A stretch of 63,172 nt of DNA, the filler included. It is 5 parts of 5 records of this genome, joined end to end, with 100 filler letters (N's around TTAATTAATTAA, not from the genome) between each part and the next. Parts side by side here need not be neighbours in the genome. Positions count along the whole stretch, not along the records: positions 52,264 to 63,172 come from DRR723986_14458; 4 more parts are not named here. The stretch is one strand, 5' to 3'. The notes beneath the pieces were generated by a model that had not been told where the DNA came from, did no database searches, and saw nothing but the letters and a program-made list of their open reading frames with translations. Shown piece after piece: positions 61,956-63,172 of this stretch; positions within the stretch are counted from its first letter, which is position 1, and each line of letters starts with the position of its first letter. The position numbers and the translations under genes are program-made.

Positions 61956-62951
61956 ATGTTTTTAGCGGGTGGAGACCAGATTATGTTCGGACGACTAAAT
62001 TCATTCCAGAAAACTGCAATCATTACGGTTTTTGCTACGCTCTTTCTGATTCTGGTTGGGGGATTGGTACGCGCCACTGGAGCGGGACTCGGATGCCCGG
62101 ACTGGCCAAAATGTTTTGGCACGTGGATTCCACCGACTTCGGTAGCCGACTTACCTCCAGAGTTCGATGCCTCGCAGTTTAATGTCGTCAAAACCTGGAT
62201 AGAATATGTTAACCGACTTGTGGGCGTCACCATTGGCCTCCTAATTATTTTAACATTTTGGCGTTCATTTTACTACTGGAAAACACGTCGCGAAGTTGTG
62301 TACACGTCCGCTGCGGTGTTTGTTTTGGTGCTGTTTCAAGGCTGGCTGGGCGGTCAGGTGGTGTTTAGCGAACTTGCTGAATGGCTGATCACTCTGCACA
62401 TGTTGCTGGCAATGGTGATCATGATCCTGTTAATTTACGCTACCTTTCGCGCAGTATCGGACGAAGTGCGCCAGAAAATTTCACTTGTTATGCGCAGCCG
62501 TTTAACGCTGCTGTTTGGTGGAATGTTGGTCGCCTCCCTGGTACAAATGGTGCTCGGCACGCAGGTACGTGAGCAGATAGATCTGATTACAAATACTACA
62601 CCGGATTTGCCGCGCGAGTTCTGGATCCCGTCCATGGACTTCCTCTTTGAAATTCACCGTAGCTTTTCCTGGTTGATTCTGCTTGCCGTGCTCTACCTTG
62701 CGCGTCTTGTTCAAACGCAGGTTTCAGCGCCCCTGATTCGCAAATGCGCCTTTGGCCTGTTTGCCGTTGTTGGCGGACAGATCGTCAGCGGTGTGGGCAT
62801 GCAACTATTTGAGGTTCCACCGGCATTGCAGGTTGTGCATTTGGTTTTGAGTGCGATTATGGTGTGCCTGGCATACTTTGCTTTGTTGCTGGTGCGGCGC
62901 AGTGAAACGCCTGGTCTCGTGGATTCCAGCAGTGCGATTCCTTCGGTTTAG
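61956..62951 (+). CDS. ctaA: COX15/CtaA heme A synthase
   Basis: GGLVRATGAGLGCPDWPKC, WIEYVNR, QGWLG, TLH, IHR, VVH; 8 TM. The start may be the ATG at 61983. Confidence 0.88.
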   Translation: MFLAGGDQIMFGRLNSFQKTAIITVFATLFLILVGGLVRATGAGLGCPDWPKCFGTWIPPTSVADLPPEFDASQFNVVKTWIEYVNRLVGVTIGLLIILTFWRSFYYWKTRREVVYTSAAVFVLVLFQGWLGGQVVFSELAEWLITLHMLLAMVIMILLIYATFRAVSDEVRQKISLVMRSRLTLLFGGMLVASLVQMVLGTQVREQIDLITNTTPDLPREFWIPSMDFLFEIHRSFSWLILLAVLYLARLVQTQVSAPLIRKCAFGLFAVVGGQIVSGVGMQLFEVPPALQVVHLVLSAIMVCLAYFALLLVRRSETPGLVDSSSAIPSV

Positions 62952-63172
62952 GCGGGGTGATCTCAGGTGAAAAGCTTGGCGAAAATCACGTAAAATGATT
63001 AACAAAATAGTTGGTAATATGGCAAAATAGTTTGGTAGGGCAGGGCGTGCTACGGAATGATTTGGGCTAATTTGTTCGGTAATCTCCGTTAAACGGGCGA
63101 CTTTAGGTGTTAAACGGGAAGTCTGAAAATTTTGGGCGTACCTTTGCGTGAATCTTTGGGCCCTCCCCCGCC

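Noticed and set aside
49826-62951. SCO + CopZ/CopA + CtaA as one cytochrome oxidase assembly cluster
   Set aside because: SCO is on a different contig from the others, separated by an artificial linker.

Overview
This window is not one locus. It is five unrelated contigs joined by 100-nt artificial spacers (44 N + TTAATTAATTAA + 44 N) at 11739-11838, 24346-24445, 39161-39260 and 52164-52263. Contig 1 (1-11738) looks planctomycete-like: REP doublets, a MoxR-DUF58-transglutaminase operon, a PQQ-like propeller protein, bshB1, an FGE-sulfatase-family gene, a probable orphan toxin-tip/immunity pair and DUF1552. Contig 2 (11839-24345) looks FCB/Bacteroidota-like: ileS-dksA-lspA-rluD, two probable T9SS-secreted propeller proteins and a decayed class IIC group II intron behind a terminator. 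Contig 3 (24446-39160) is alphaproteobacterial: a PUFA-synthase-like iterative PKS cluster, an SDR and partial rpsD. Contig 4 (39261-52163) is AT-rich and Flavobacteriaceae-like: a metal homeostasis region (TonB receptor, DtxR/MntR, ZIP, CzcBA, feoAB, SCO), rseP and a partial tRNA-Asn. Contig 5 (52264-63172) carries an S8 protease, a small secreted protein, a TPR histidine kinase, manA, copZ-copA and ctaA. The best finding is in contig 3, where the pfaA-like gene is split exactly after its second ACP by a candidate -1 programmed ribosomal frameshift cassette. The cassette is a U-UUU-UUU slippery heptamer, a 6-nt spacer and a GC-rich hairpin, and the -1 frame opens exactly at the heptamer and runs into the ketoreductase ORF. 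It would yield a KR-less 1312-aa subunit and a KR-containing ~1795-aa subunit from one gene. A homopolymer sequencing error cannot be excluded from this sequence alone. Taxonomic labels and protein family calls come from motif recognition, not database searches.
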